Assembly (NCBI RefSeq): GCF_000150275.1
Contig: NW_002060960.1
Span: 634,469 to 698,468, forward strand
Reading direction: 5' to 3'
DNA: 64,000 nt
Origin: Trichoplax adhaerens
Taxonomy: Eukaryota; Animalia; Placozoa
The notes beneath the pieces are model-generated. The model was not told the DNA's origin, searched no databases, and saw only the letters and a list, made by a program, of their open reading frames with translations. Below are positions 51,511 through 64,000 of the stretch, in pieces; positions within the stretch are counted from its first letter, which is position 1; the number at the start of each line of letters is the position of its first letter. Position numbers and translations under genes: made by a program.

Positions 51511-54500
51511 ATAGATTATCTTAATTCAACTTTTTAGAAGAGTAATATCCAGACTGCTGATTTATTAGAAATCTAGCGCGACTAATAGAATATAACTATA
51601 TAAAACTAGTAGAACTCAAGCTCATTAAGCTTCATTTGCTTTAGGTAGCTGTATTTTTTAGGTTCGAATAATCTATAGTGATCCATTTTTCAACAAATCA
51701 AAAGCAAATTTCTTAACGAGTCTGACATATACTTTAAAAGTTTCACATTATACCGTTGTATTAGGTTACGCTAAGTAAAGTATTAATTTTAATACTGGGC
51801 TATCGTTATCGAGAAATTGGAGCAATTTCATGAGTAAATCTTCAATTACAAAACCTATGACTGTTGTCAAACAATAATAACATCAATTTGACAGAATGAG
51901 ATCTCCAATATATGCATATTGCTAGTTTGGCCTTCACTCTGATAAAATGTAATTACAGAGAAATGGCTTTGCTCTTTATGATTTATTCCAATAAAATTTT
52001 ATCGTGAATTCATTATCGTATGGAATAATCTTGTAGAATATATAGAGATAATTAATAATAAAAATTTGATATAAAACGTTTATATCTGGTTGTAATGTAA
52101 CTTAGTATTGTGATTGTAGACTGTTAGCCATGTGTAGTATAATGTACGGTAGATATTTATCCTAAGAGATATTTGGTAGCTGTAACTATAGACAGTAGTG
52201 GTGTAGACTCTATGCTAGAGTACAGATGACTATATACAGTAAGCTGTTGAGTTACTAATATGACTATAGGTAAAAATAGAACTGTAAATCATTTATTAGG
52301 ATATGGTTAATTCATTGTACTTTGGCTGGTATGAATAATGTCTACGTAAGTACTGTAGTCGTATCCATATTGGATTAATGATGGTCCGCGGTAGAATAGT
52401 CTTACTAAGAATAATTTAACTATGTGTAAAATAAGGTAAAAGGTTGCCATGCGGATTGTAGCTGCGAATGCTACGGAAAGTATAAAAGCATGCAACTTTA
52501 GATTATTCTGTTAGTTCGTTGTAGAAGTCTTTAGAATTAGTATTCGGCTAGAGTAGAGCTGTGTAGTTAATCTTTGTATAAGATTGAATAAAGCCCTTAT
52601 TTTTCTAAAATTTGGAATTTCGTGATTGGTATATATCACACTGGTTAACAATCTGATATCAATATCACTTAAGGCACACTACTTATATATCGTACATAAT
52701 TAGTATAGTCCTAACGAAAATCAAAACTATCTGTTAGTATATACTGAAAATGATGAATATCTGAGTCAATAATTGAATTAATTCTTTATCGCTCTCACAT
52801 ACTGATTCATGCCGTTTATTACGTTATTGTAAACATCTAGATGTGATTTCTATTCCAATTTATGAAATGAACGGATTTATTAATTCTAGTAAAGCTGATT
52901 AAATATTACATCAAGACACCTGATTATAATGGTGATATTTGATCATGAACTATAAAATTGGATAGAAGGTTATATCAAAGCTTAAATATTCAGCATTAAT
53001 TGCGTCATTTCAATATGAATATAGACCAATGAAGTAGTTTATGATAGCTGCAGAAAATTAGTTTCTTACCATTCAAGCTCCAGAGTAAATGATTATTTAT
53101 AAGAATGCAATAATTTTGTAGATTAAATTCTGACTTTATAAACTGTTGTTTATTAGAGTGCTAAAATGATCTTTTACGAAAGATATCCTATCTTGACTAT
53201 ACTATGTTAATAACATGATTGATTTTACTAATAATTATATAATTAGAAAAAACTTGCTGAAATTTTTTGTCTATAAAAGGCATTTGATCGTTTAATTTTG
53301 GTATCGGGAGCAAATTATTTCATTACAGTTTCAGAATAGGGTTTAATCTCCACATACACACACTGTGGAGATTGGTAGAAATTTTTCTGTTACTAACTTG
53401 GAAAATAGCTAATTTTTGAAAGCTATTGTCTGTAAGTAATTAAGAGAAGAATTGAGTGATATTGATCTCAGCGACAATATACTAACAGTGTGGTAATAGC
53501 TATTCATTAACTCAATTTTAAATAAAATATTACAGCAACTGAATACCAAGTATTTATAGCATAGAGATTCTTATTAATCTTCCAAAACATTTACTCCGTA
53601 AAATATCTTCAATTTGACACTAGCATTTCAAAAGAAGCACCCTTTCTTTTTTACTTCCTCAAATTTTATATATACCCAGTATTGTTCATTGCGAGCTCGA
53701 AAGTAAAAGTCTCTGAAAATGAAAGTAATCTTTCTTAACTACTTTGAGATTAATTTTTACTTCATTTGGTTATCAACTTTCTAGTCAATAACCTTATTTT
53801 AAAAAGCGTGAATAGATACGAGAACTTCTCAAAAGGATATTGATGATAGGATAACAAATAGATTATAATTCGTAAAAGAAAAAATTTGGCTGATATTATA
53901 ATAACGGCCATAATTGTAGCCAAAAATGTAATAAAGCAGAAACCTAAGCGATAGTTCAATTCTTAGGCCTAAATTAATCAGTATTTTACCACAATCTTAT
54001 AAAAATCGAATTTTGGAAGATAATGCTTCTAAATGTCACCCACTGACCTTCAAGATAATGTACTACTGTAATTCTTGTATTTTTAGAAGACAAATCTGGC
54101 TATTTATCTAATGCCTAATGTGGCTTTTACGACAAATTAGTGCATTGCAGTAAGTAGTCTTTCACGACCCATACCATATGAACCATGGCAACAACGAAAA
54201 GTAGGCTTTATCGCTGTTAACTAAGATATTGATTTTAATTGATCTTAAATAGTTAAATGGCAGATATTAAGAGAAATCATAAAATTCTTATTATTTAGAA
54301 CAGTTCACTGAAAAATAACCATTACACCCACTGGAAATCAATTAATGCAGTATATAAAATTAGAAGTTCCTCAATAAATTTTAGGAGACTTTGCTAGCTA
54401 AGGCTAATGTAATTTTTATTGTTAGTTACCGATTTGCAAAATTGTTTGTATCATAATAAGGAGTAGTAGGTCCTAATTAAATCTTTAGACGGGAGTCTTA

Positions 54501-56755
54501 AGTTGTGTGATTATAGTAATTATTTACAAAATTTTAAATATTATTTTCTTCAGGGGGTCTTATCAGATGTATACTCATAATAAAATCATGTTCATATTAG
54601 AGAACCAACTACTACCCTATGCATAAAACGATATTACTGTCTTAGGCCCTGTCAATTCTAACAAAGATACTAAATCACTTACTTAATTTTGATTTTAAAA
54701 TATCGGCTTAGCCGAGAAATAGTTATTTAATAAAGTTTTCTATAAAGTATAAAATTTATGATAAACTTATTATTTATTTATTCCTAGTTCTATATCTATA
54801 GAATAGACCTTTAAGGTTATAGATGCCGACACAATCTTATATTTTAAACTTTACACATCAATCGCAGCAAAAATATGAGACCATTGAATTAAAGATATAG
54901 CTACTAGTTTCAACGCTAAGATTTAGTTAATTTTCACACTCATATCAATATAACTTAAGCAAACTAATTTCCTGAAAAGTTATTATAGTCGATTGTGAAT
55001 TACTTCATTAATTATATCATAATACACGTACATTACCTATTTAATTAGTAAATTCTCGGAATATTCGAGACCAATTAGCAGACGGATACATGAAATAATA
55101 GTAGTACAGGTTGCTGAAAATCGAATCTCTTATAATGATAAATGGTCTGTTTAGTGAATAGATTACTAAGCCAAAAGGTATCGGTACGTATTATATTTTT
55201 TAATTTCTTGCATTGATCGTAGCCATAACATGAAATCATTTAATTAAAGTTTTAGCTGATAGTTTAAATGGCAAGCTCTAAAAGACATACCCTTTGGAGT
55301 TAAAATAGCATTTCACAGTATACAATATATAAGAAACGAGAGAGTTGAATTTTTAACTTTACATTAACTATTGCAATTTCTTTTTTCAATCAACGTAATT
55401 TACAAGAAAAATACCTCTAAATTTCAATCATGACCAAACGCGTAAAGGACTACGAAAGTGTAATATGTATAAAATTAATTGACCTTATAGTATTAAAAGT
55501 ATCAAAAAGAGAGTACATCCTTTTATCTTCCCTACTTCTTCAGTACTAACTCCTGACTACGCTATATTTTGTATGCTTTGTAGAGCAATTAAATTATCCA
55601 ATAAATACTATAAATGATCAATCTAAAATATTTTTAATTAATCTGGCTGTTAATCGCATGAGCTCAGGAAAATTTTGTTATAGATTCTCTAATATTAAGA
55701 AAGCGTAAGATCATCAGCTTAAGCAATCCGTAAACAGCCTAAAACTGAGATTAATCAATATTCACAATTTAGAACCCAGATAAATGAACGAATTTATTTG
55801 TATGCTAAGTGCGAAAATAACTTAATTTTCACTTCAATTCAAAAAATTAGTTGTTATTATAAGTGTACATGTACGACTGTAGCGAAGTGATGTTAAGTCA
55901 TATTGATACTGATACTAAGTTCTACGACCTTAACTAGAACCTAACGCAATAAGGTGAGTTATTACATCGACGTATACATAATAATACATATATATATTCT
56001 CTACTTCTTTATTACAAGCTTCAAACTGCGCTATTTTTGTACGCTTTGAAGAGGAATTGATGTTATCAAATAATAAAAGATCAATTCAAAGTGCCGTACT
56101 TTTTAGTGAAATATTTGTTAATCGCACATGTTCAGAAATATTTTATCATGGACTCTTTGACATTAATAAGTTAATAATGAATCCAAAATGTAACTCAAAG
56201 TGAATCAGTCTACGATTATTAGCTAAAGCAATCCAAGTAGCATACAATTGAAACAGATCAATATCTACATAATAGGACCTAGATAAATAATGGAAATCAC
56301 TTTATGCTATGTGAGAAAGTAATATAATTTCTTTTGTAATTCATAAAAATTTGCTAGTATTATTAGCGCATTTTTCTGTCCTATTTTTGTCAACAATATT
56401 ACTAATTTATCTACTGTATACAATTTATAATGTTAACGATGCCATTTCATGACAGAAAATTTCTAACTTTAACCTTAACTATATTTGATTAAAATTATCT
56501 AATTTTTATTCTTCTCTTAGGTATATATGTTATATAAACCTTGAAATGTATTACTGAAAAGGATTTAACTAGCACTCTACAAGAATTTATTTCCAGAAAG
56601 TAGATAAAGGTAGAAAAGACTATATGGAAATTAGCTCTTTCAGTCATTGATTTACCATTATAGCATCAATATTGCAAAACCATTCTATTCCAATCTGTGA
56701 TGCAGGGTCATTGTAATTGATAGCTTATATAACTATTTCTGCAAATACTGAAGAT

Positions 56756-58108
56756 ATGAATTTCGTAAGTCATATGTCATCCTTTTCAAGCCCATTTTCT
56801 ACACCTAGTTACAATTCTACAATCAATCCTGGCGTAAATCATTGCGGATATCCAGATCATCATCGTTTTAATCCCGAACAAAATTCTGAAACACTCCACT
56901 TTAACTCTTACAGCGCTATTATATCATGGATTACAATTGGAATTTATATCTGGAGTTTAATTTCGAATTCAATGATTGCCGCAACAATCTTAGCGCGAAA
57001 GCAGCTACACTCATTATCATTTTATCAAATTCTTAATATTTCATTAACTGGTATCGTTTTTAATTTGTCGGCTCTATCGACTGAATTTATTAATTACCTC
57101 GTCCTCTCCGTACATCGTACAACTTTCACACCGCTTTCCATTTTGCCGGGAAATTTAACGCAACAAACATTTCCTAATACTAGCTACGCTGTATTACACT
57201 CCAATACAATATTTTCTGCAAATAATGAAGATCATATAAAGTATTCCAGTTTTCCAGTATGTCAAATGCTGATCGGAATCATTTTTACGAGTATCAATGC
57301 GGGCACATTTATCCTAGTAGCTATTGGTATACACCATTATTTTGCTGTTTATAGAAGTGTTCGTCAAAATATCAGTACAAAGCGATATATCTTGATAACG
57401 GTTGCTATTTGGCTTTTTGCTACAGGATTTTGTATCCCTTACGCATGGCTGACCATTAAAACTTACTACAATACGTCAACTAGCCGTATTTGTGCTTTTA
57501 CTAGCTCTAATAGAAGTCAGCTTATTCTTGCTTATACTATTGTTTTTATTGCTATTACGTCTCTCTTTCCTTACGTAGTTATGTGCGTATGTTATTCCAT
57601 TGTCATTTATAAACTTTACTATGGTGTCCAAATACGTCTACGAAAGCCCAATTTTTTCTGGAACGTCAGTAATTCTGAACATGACTACCAATATGATCGT
57701 AAAGTAAAAGCAGGCATTCGTCTAATAATTATTATAACGTTACTGTATATGTTGTGCTTGTCACCGTATTCCGTTGGGCTAGTTCTTGCTGCAGCCACTC
57801 ACTTTCATCCGACTTCTTCCTTTACAAGTAGAAATGGTAATATTACTGCTTTTATTCCATTCGATAATACTGAAAGTGAAAATGTATCAGTAATTTATGG
57901 CACAAATATTGGTATTTTATTTGGTATCGCCATCGTTTGTTTGTCTGTCTTATTTGCTTTCACTCCAGTTGCTTACCTTATTTGTAATCAAAGATTACAA
58001 AAAGAATTTATTCACGGTCTATTATGCCGTTCATATATACAACAGCGTAGAAATAAAGTGACTGCTTTTAGTATTAGGAGCAGACAAAATCCTAAAGTAG
58101 GTCCATGA
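56756..58108 (+). CDS. Class A (rhodopsin-like) 7TM GPCR, orphan, single coding exon, ~450 aa
   Basis: The ORF track starts at a TTG (56717); the first in-frame ATG is 56756. Seven TM segments, N1.50 (LISNS), Cys3.25 (FPVC), W4.50 (IWLFATGFCIPY), ECL2 Cys, TM5 FPYVVMCVCY, TM6 CLSPY, TM7 TPVAY and helix 8 NQRLQKEF...LLC. DRY is replaced by HHY. Confidence 0.92.
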   Translation: MNFVSHMSSFSSPFSTPSYNSTINPGVNHCGYPDHHRFNPEQNSETLHFNSYSAIISWITIGIYIWSLISNSMIAATILARKQLHSLSFYQILNISLTGIVFNLSALSTEFINYLVLSVHRTTFTPLSILPGNLTQQTFPNTSYAVLHSNTIFSANNEDHIKYSSFPVCQMLIGIIFTSINAGTFILVAIGIHHYFAVYRSVRQNISTKRYILITVAIWLFATGFCIPYAWLTIKTYYNTSTSRICAFTSSNRSQLILAYTIVFIAITSLFPYVVMCVCYSIVIYKLYYGVQIRLRKPNFFWNVSNSEHDYQYDRKVKAGIRLIIIITLLYMLCLSPYSVGLVLAAATHFHPTSSFTSRNGNITAFIPFDNTESENVSVIYGTNIGILFGIAIVCLSVLFAFTPVAYLICNQRLQKEFIHGLLCRSYIQQRRNKVTAFSIRSRQNPKVGP

Positions 58109-61100
58109 AAAGAAAGTAATCCAATTAATTAATTATTGATAATTGTTTCAAAATCATGAATACGACTAAGATTGATGCTACTATGTAAGTATTTCATTGA
58201 AGCTAAATACGTCCTTTAAAATATATGTACCATATCGCATTTTAGAGTCAAGTATTCGAGCTGAATCTCACTAGAATATTTTAACTAAATGTTCTATACT
58301 GGTTTAAACTTGCTTAATTTGACTGGATAAGATAAAAATTGGAAGAATTCCGGGTTTTAGTCAGAAATAACGATATCAATGAAATCGAGTAAACTTACGT
58401 TGCTAAAGCAAACTTACATCAATAAGACTGTACGTCACAGTAAAAGACTACAAGACTAAAATTCACAAATGCGACCTGAATATCGCCTTAGTAAAACTAA
58501 AGCTGTGCTTTAGCAAGGCATCTCAGACTAAAATAACTTGTTTTCTTGTGTCCAATAGGGCATTTAGGGAATGAGTTAATTGATACTAATATAAATTCTA
58601 TTATTAGAAGTTGTCTATCTTTTAAATATTTATGTCTGGTCAACTAATTAACATAACGTTAAAACTAACGTAAGAGTAATATGATTTCTAGAATTACGTA
58701 AGGTTGGTGCTTTATTATTGTAACTATTGTAATACCGAATATATATCTAAAATTTATTAAACTATATTTTTACTCTAACTAAATTTAGATTTTCTAGTAA
58801 TGCATGCATAATAGCACTTTCAATTTAATGCTTATAAAATATGCTTCATTAGCCACTTTTAAATTTTTAATGTACTCTTAGTTATTTAATGCAATATAAT
58901 ACGTACGCTTACCCAATTGTAGCAATTTATATTGTCAAATATCGATATCGTATAATACCGGTAATTGCAACGATTACTAGCATTCGTTCTTTTAGATTTA
59001 TTTACACTTACATATTTATATATCAACTTGGAAATAGTCCTATTAATCATATTGAAACTTGAAGATACCCTTACAGTAATTATAGATAGAAATATGTAAA
59101 AAATTAATATGTTCTTATTAGTATTTTTTTGATCATACAGCTTAGGTCAGATAACGAACTAAAATCCCTGCAAGCCGATATGTCGTAAAAGGAAATGAAT
59201 CATACTGTACATTCAGTTTTACAGCGAATCTACTCCTCAGTTTCTCTCCTAAATATCTAGTCTATCTCTTTAAACTGATAAGAACTGAAATCTGTAAGTT
59301 TAAAGATATCACTAGTCTGTTACATAATTCATCCGTTTTCATAGTAGATTTATGAAGCAATATTTGCTTGAAGATAAATTGTCAGATTAACAAATCTTAC
59401 CGAAGGATGTTACTGGACGAACCTTATATCGGGAGATATTCTACATTAAATTTCAGGATGCCCATGAGGCTATTAATATTTACCGGAAGTTTATTCGCTA
59501 ACAATAATTTATCGTAGAAAATAAATTTAAAATATTGTGTACATACATATAGATATTGATGAATCGATATTCCATTCAGAAATTAATACCATTATTCTCG
59601 TGATTCGTCGATATTTCCTTACCCAAATTCGAACTGTTTGATCTATTAATACCGTTTGAAATGTAAAATTATGAATTTATTAAGACTACGAGAGCCTCGT
59701 CAATAAATTACCAATTATTCATGAACTTCTAATTCCGAATTGGCGTATCGATTTCAATTTATTGAGTCAAAGTTAACTCCCTTATTAATATTAAGAATTA
59801 AAATTTTTTTGAAAATACTCAGAAATATTAAATTTTGTAGGAAAGGGATACATTGATCTAAAATTAAAGTTATAACCATCGCATATTACTGATTATGAAT
59901 TCATAATCGAATAATTTCTATATTAGAATTTAAATAATTTCTAAGTTGTTTATTTTCAGTTGGAATGATGTCAATAATGATCCTGATGTATAAGCCGACC
60001 AGGATAAATAGCAAAATATGTTGTTCATGATTGTAAAAGTAACTATTCAGAAATGATAAATTACCAGATAAATAGCTATAATTTCAATGTTTTTATTTTA
60101 TGTGAAGTAAGACATTTATCATATCATTATATGAATATGCATTAAAATTGAAATTCGATTAATATGTTGTAACTCCAAGTTGCAATTTGCTGAACAATTT
60201 ATCTCGACTTCCTAAAGTCTCTCTTGAGTGATAAATACATTTCTGTAAATGAATCATGTAGTCAGTGCCAAAACAAATTGTCTCGAAAGCTGTCAAGGCG
60301 TACTCTAGATATAATCTAGAAGAGACTGACATCGATCCCATAATTAATCCTACAAAGTTTACGATGTTATAAAAGCTTTGAATTACGAAAATAGGAATTT
60401 TAAATCTAGCACCGCAATAAAATGATAAAATGACAATTTCGACACTATTGTTGCCAATACTCATTATGATTATTAGTACTTAAATCATTTAATGATTGGA
60501 AAATAAATTCACAATAGATTCAAGCCAACATTGAAACAAACATCATAAAACAACAATATGATAACAGATGTAGTTTAATTAAGGTAAAAGACAATCGTAA
60601 ATGGATAGTATAGAATTTAAATTTTATTAGAAATTCTAAACGCGCAACAATGCATGAAAATATGCATTGATTTTTATTATCAGCTGCGTTAAAATTCAAA
60701 TGAAGGAGACGTAAGAAATAAAAGCATTTTCGTAAATAAAATATGGAACAAATCAGAAAGAACTTTTCGGCGACAATTTTATAATTAGAAAATCCAATGT
60801 TGTACAATTTTGAATAGAAAAATAATTTCCATTATTTAAGTAAATGATAGCTAAAAAATAAATTGCAAATATATACATTACGTTCCCTGTACTATGAGAA
60901 AAATAATTTATTTCAATATTCAGGAAATAATTATTTTACTTTGCTTTATGCATTGAATGGTTTATACAATACATTTATAATTAAGTTATCGATAGCTCAG
61001 GATTTTTGATCGGGCTGTCATTTGCTAATGACTTCCAATTATATAAATCTTACCATACTACGCCATGGTTTCTTAATTTTAGCTTAAATTAGGCATTAGG

Positions 61101-61147
61101 TCTTAAATAGAGTTTCTGGTATCCGAAGCTATCTGCTCAACAACAAC

Positions 61148-61197
61148 NNNNNNNNNNNNNNNNNNNNNNNNNNNNNNNNNNNNNNNNNNNNNNNNNN
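61148..61197. other. Assembly gap (50 N)
   Basis: Run of 50 n characters. Confidence 0.99.
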
Positions 61198-64000
61198 ACC
61201 TATTTAGCTTTATCCGCAAATAGGCATCTAAGGTAAGGCAGAGTATTCATTACATCGTATTCCTTTTTTATTAGCCTGAAATTTTTGTCTTACTTTCTGT
61301 TGTTAAAGGCAGTCAAGTTTTAAAATCCTGCTTTAACAATGCTTCTCGCCTATTATTATATACTATATGAAGTATACGATTACTGCAGTTAAAAAGGATT
61401 ATTTAAATGTTACGGCATTGATATCGATCTACGTGATGTTCATATGGTTATGTTAAAATTAAATTGTAGTTTAGATAAAATTGCGATTTAAGCACTTAAA
61501 TAAAAGAAGTGTTAGTATTGCATTGAGAAATGAGAGAGACTCCTACAAGATAAACTGCGAAATGTATGTTGAGAATAGCGTGCATATAAATATTTACTCA
61601 TGTGGACTTTAATTTATGTCCGTTTCAGCCGAAGAAATTTCAATTCTCCTAGTTTGATTGAATAGTTTCAATTGCATTATTTACTTTAATATCTATTAAA
61701 AAACAATTTTTATTCGCTGGAAAACTGAATGAAAGAGATGAACCACGAAACTGTAAAACACATCTATGTTCTGTTTAACCCTCAGTTCTTTTTTGGTAAT
61801 AATTGCATAAAATCGGCTAAGATTACAGTGAATTCTCAATATATTATATTTTCAAGTGCGATTAAATTAAAAAAATGCAACGCTTAGATTTGATAATACA
61901 GCATGTCACTTTTTTCTTATATCTTTAATCCATTGGGTTTAGTAGTGTTTAGATTGAGTTTCTGAACTAAATTTTATCTACCTTACTATTTTCTTTAACG
62001 AGTTGATTTGAGCATATTAAAATAGAATTATAGCATTACTCGTGTAAATTTTTATTTCTTCATTGACCATTGATACCATTATCCTTAAAACCTCTGTTAC
62101 AGATACTGCATCCAACTCCTTAAGTAATATAAAATATTTTGATTTTACTCAAGCCAATTTTTCATAATTATCAAAAGTGAAACTTTTAAAATCGAAACTT
62201 TTATACTATATAAGTCAATGTACCATAACTATATCTTCAAATCCATTCCTTCTTCGTTTATTAATGAGAGAATTAAATTAAAAAATGATCAGAAAATAGT
62301 TCGAATGCATTAATCTATACCACGGGAAAGGATAAACATTAGCCTGCATGATAAATTATGTCTAGCTACTTTAAAAGTCATAATTTTGCTACAGTCTGAA
62401 ATTTAATATCACTTTTGATAGATAACTACAGAATTAGTGCGATAGTTATAAAGCTATATGATGACAATGCAGAAAAAGGGAGATGCCATAATCAGATAGA
62501 AAATGAGTTGAAGATAGTAATAAAGTAAATACTATCTAAAAATATCACATAAGCCTAATAATGCTTGTTACAGTACACGAATTGTAGAGAATAACACAAT
62601 AGGAAAATATAATCTGTCAACTAGCACTACTGCAATAATACCACTCCACCGATATTTCAAACTCTAGAACTAATCTAGAGTATATGCTATCAGTAATCTA
62701 GTAAATAGGGACTATCTTTCGTCGCAAGATCTTCAGCCAACTGCAGTAGTGTCACGGTACGAACTACCGTGAAGAAATAGCTATCTAAATTTGGTGAATA
62801 TAATATAGTGATAATATATTACAACTAGTTACTTACAAAAGGAATTACTCTAATTATAAATGTGTTACAGTAAATTTAATGCTGTGCTGTAATGTGCACT
62901 GAAATGATTCTGTGAATGGACATATTGTAGTCCGACTGTGAAAAATTAGTCAGTAGATGTTCTCACCTAAGTATTTTTATAAGATAACTCGTGAATGTTA
63001 GCTGCTGTAGAAGGGTATATAAGCCCGTCAGATAGTTGAATAAGGTAGTTCTCAATTGTCTAGTTAAGTTTAACGTAGAATTAAAGGCGTCTAAATTCTT
63101 GTGAGGTAGTTAAGGGATACTGAATCCCGGAGACTAGTAATTTAGAGATTTGTTCTACGTTATCCTTGTCACGAAGCTGGTTTGTGACAAGTAGTCAGTA
63201 ATTTGACGAAAGATTATGAGAAATTCCAAAAATTTAATTTACTTTAAGATAAGTCGGCTTTAATAAATTTTGGATGCTATTTTACGTGTGATCCCATGCA
63301 AAGGTACAATTGTACTAAATTATTCAATGATTTGATGCCAGCGCATTCAAAATATTAGCATGCAGAACCTATTCGAAATCCAATTTATTCCTCTAAATTA
63401 CATTATTTTTATAGAGAGAGTCTAGATTACTTCTACGGTAATCTTAATGGAATTTCTATGAGATATCAACTTCGTAAATGGATTTAAAAAAAAGCCTAAT
63501 TACGCATATTTTACTACAGTTGTTTGTGGCTAACTCATTGAAAGCGGTGATATATTCCTGAGTAGTTAAATGCAACGACGATATATCACGTTCTCATTTT
63601 AACTTGATAGAGATTTACGAGTATGTTAAGGTATAAATAGCCCCATATTGCTGACTAAGGTATACGTATAAGTCGGTATTACTTTGTTTTTATAATGTCG
63701 AAATTAGGTTCTAATTTGAACGCTATTATTGAAAATTAATAGCCGCTTCCTTTGCTTCTTAAAACAGTATGAATATCTTTATTATATAATTATTGACATT
63801 CTAGAGTAGAAGTACGAAAGATATCAAAGTAAAATTTCGAAATTAGTTCCTCAGCGACGCCTCTTGTTCTACATTTATTGACCGGTATATCCATTATATT
63901 AATATACTCGTATCGATATGAACCATCGTACGAGAAAAATGATTTTAAGAGATATCTCTTATTGCTTATTGCGTTGGAATGAGCTGAATAGAACAATAAG

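Noticed and set aside
53345-53373. Perfect 10-bp hairpin, and similar 8-10 bp stems near 624-648, 62752-62772 and 63165-63191
   Set aside because: Short stems are expected by chance in 64 kb of AT-rich DNA, and there is no Helitron CTRR end or RNA-gene context.
60159-60807. Two - strand ORFs of 101 and 95 aa
   Set aside because: They have no recognisable motifs or splice structure, and the residue bias is typical of random AT-rich ORFs.

Overview
AT-rich eukaryotic genomic DNA with short GT-AG introns and one 50-N scaffold gap. The composition, intron sizes and intronless rhodopsin-type GPCRs suggest a basal animal such as a placozoan, but this is inference. The window holds two tandem, intact, 11-exon SLC6 (neurotransmitter:sodium symporter) genes on the + strand. 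Copy A (9880-13181, 609 aa) looks like a canonical amino-acid-type SLC6. Copy B (19240-23716, 612 aa) has the same exon structure but a coordinated rewiring of normally invariant residues: TM1 Na1 Asn->His, gate Arg->Glu, TM6 lid Phe->Lys, TM10 Asp->Ala, inner-gate Tyr->His, and loss of the TM5 GX9P glycine. Copy B is the strongest candidate for a novel system. Downstream on the - strand, and absent from the ORF track, is an alpha-1,3-fucosyltransferase (GT10) pseudogene with three stops and an in-frame deletion of its catalytic core. Two related single-exon class A GPCRs (36420-37511, 56756-58108) lack both the DRY arginine and Asp2.50 and have very long ECL1 loops. An 844-bp element with 52-bp terminal inverted repeats lies upstream of the first GPCR, and many degenerate local tandem duplications are scattered through the window. 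All exon boundaries and translations were read by hand from the sequence.
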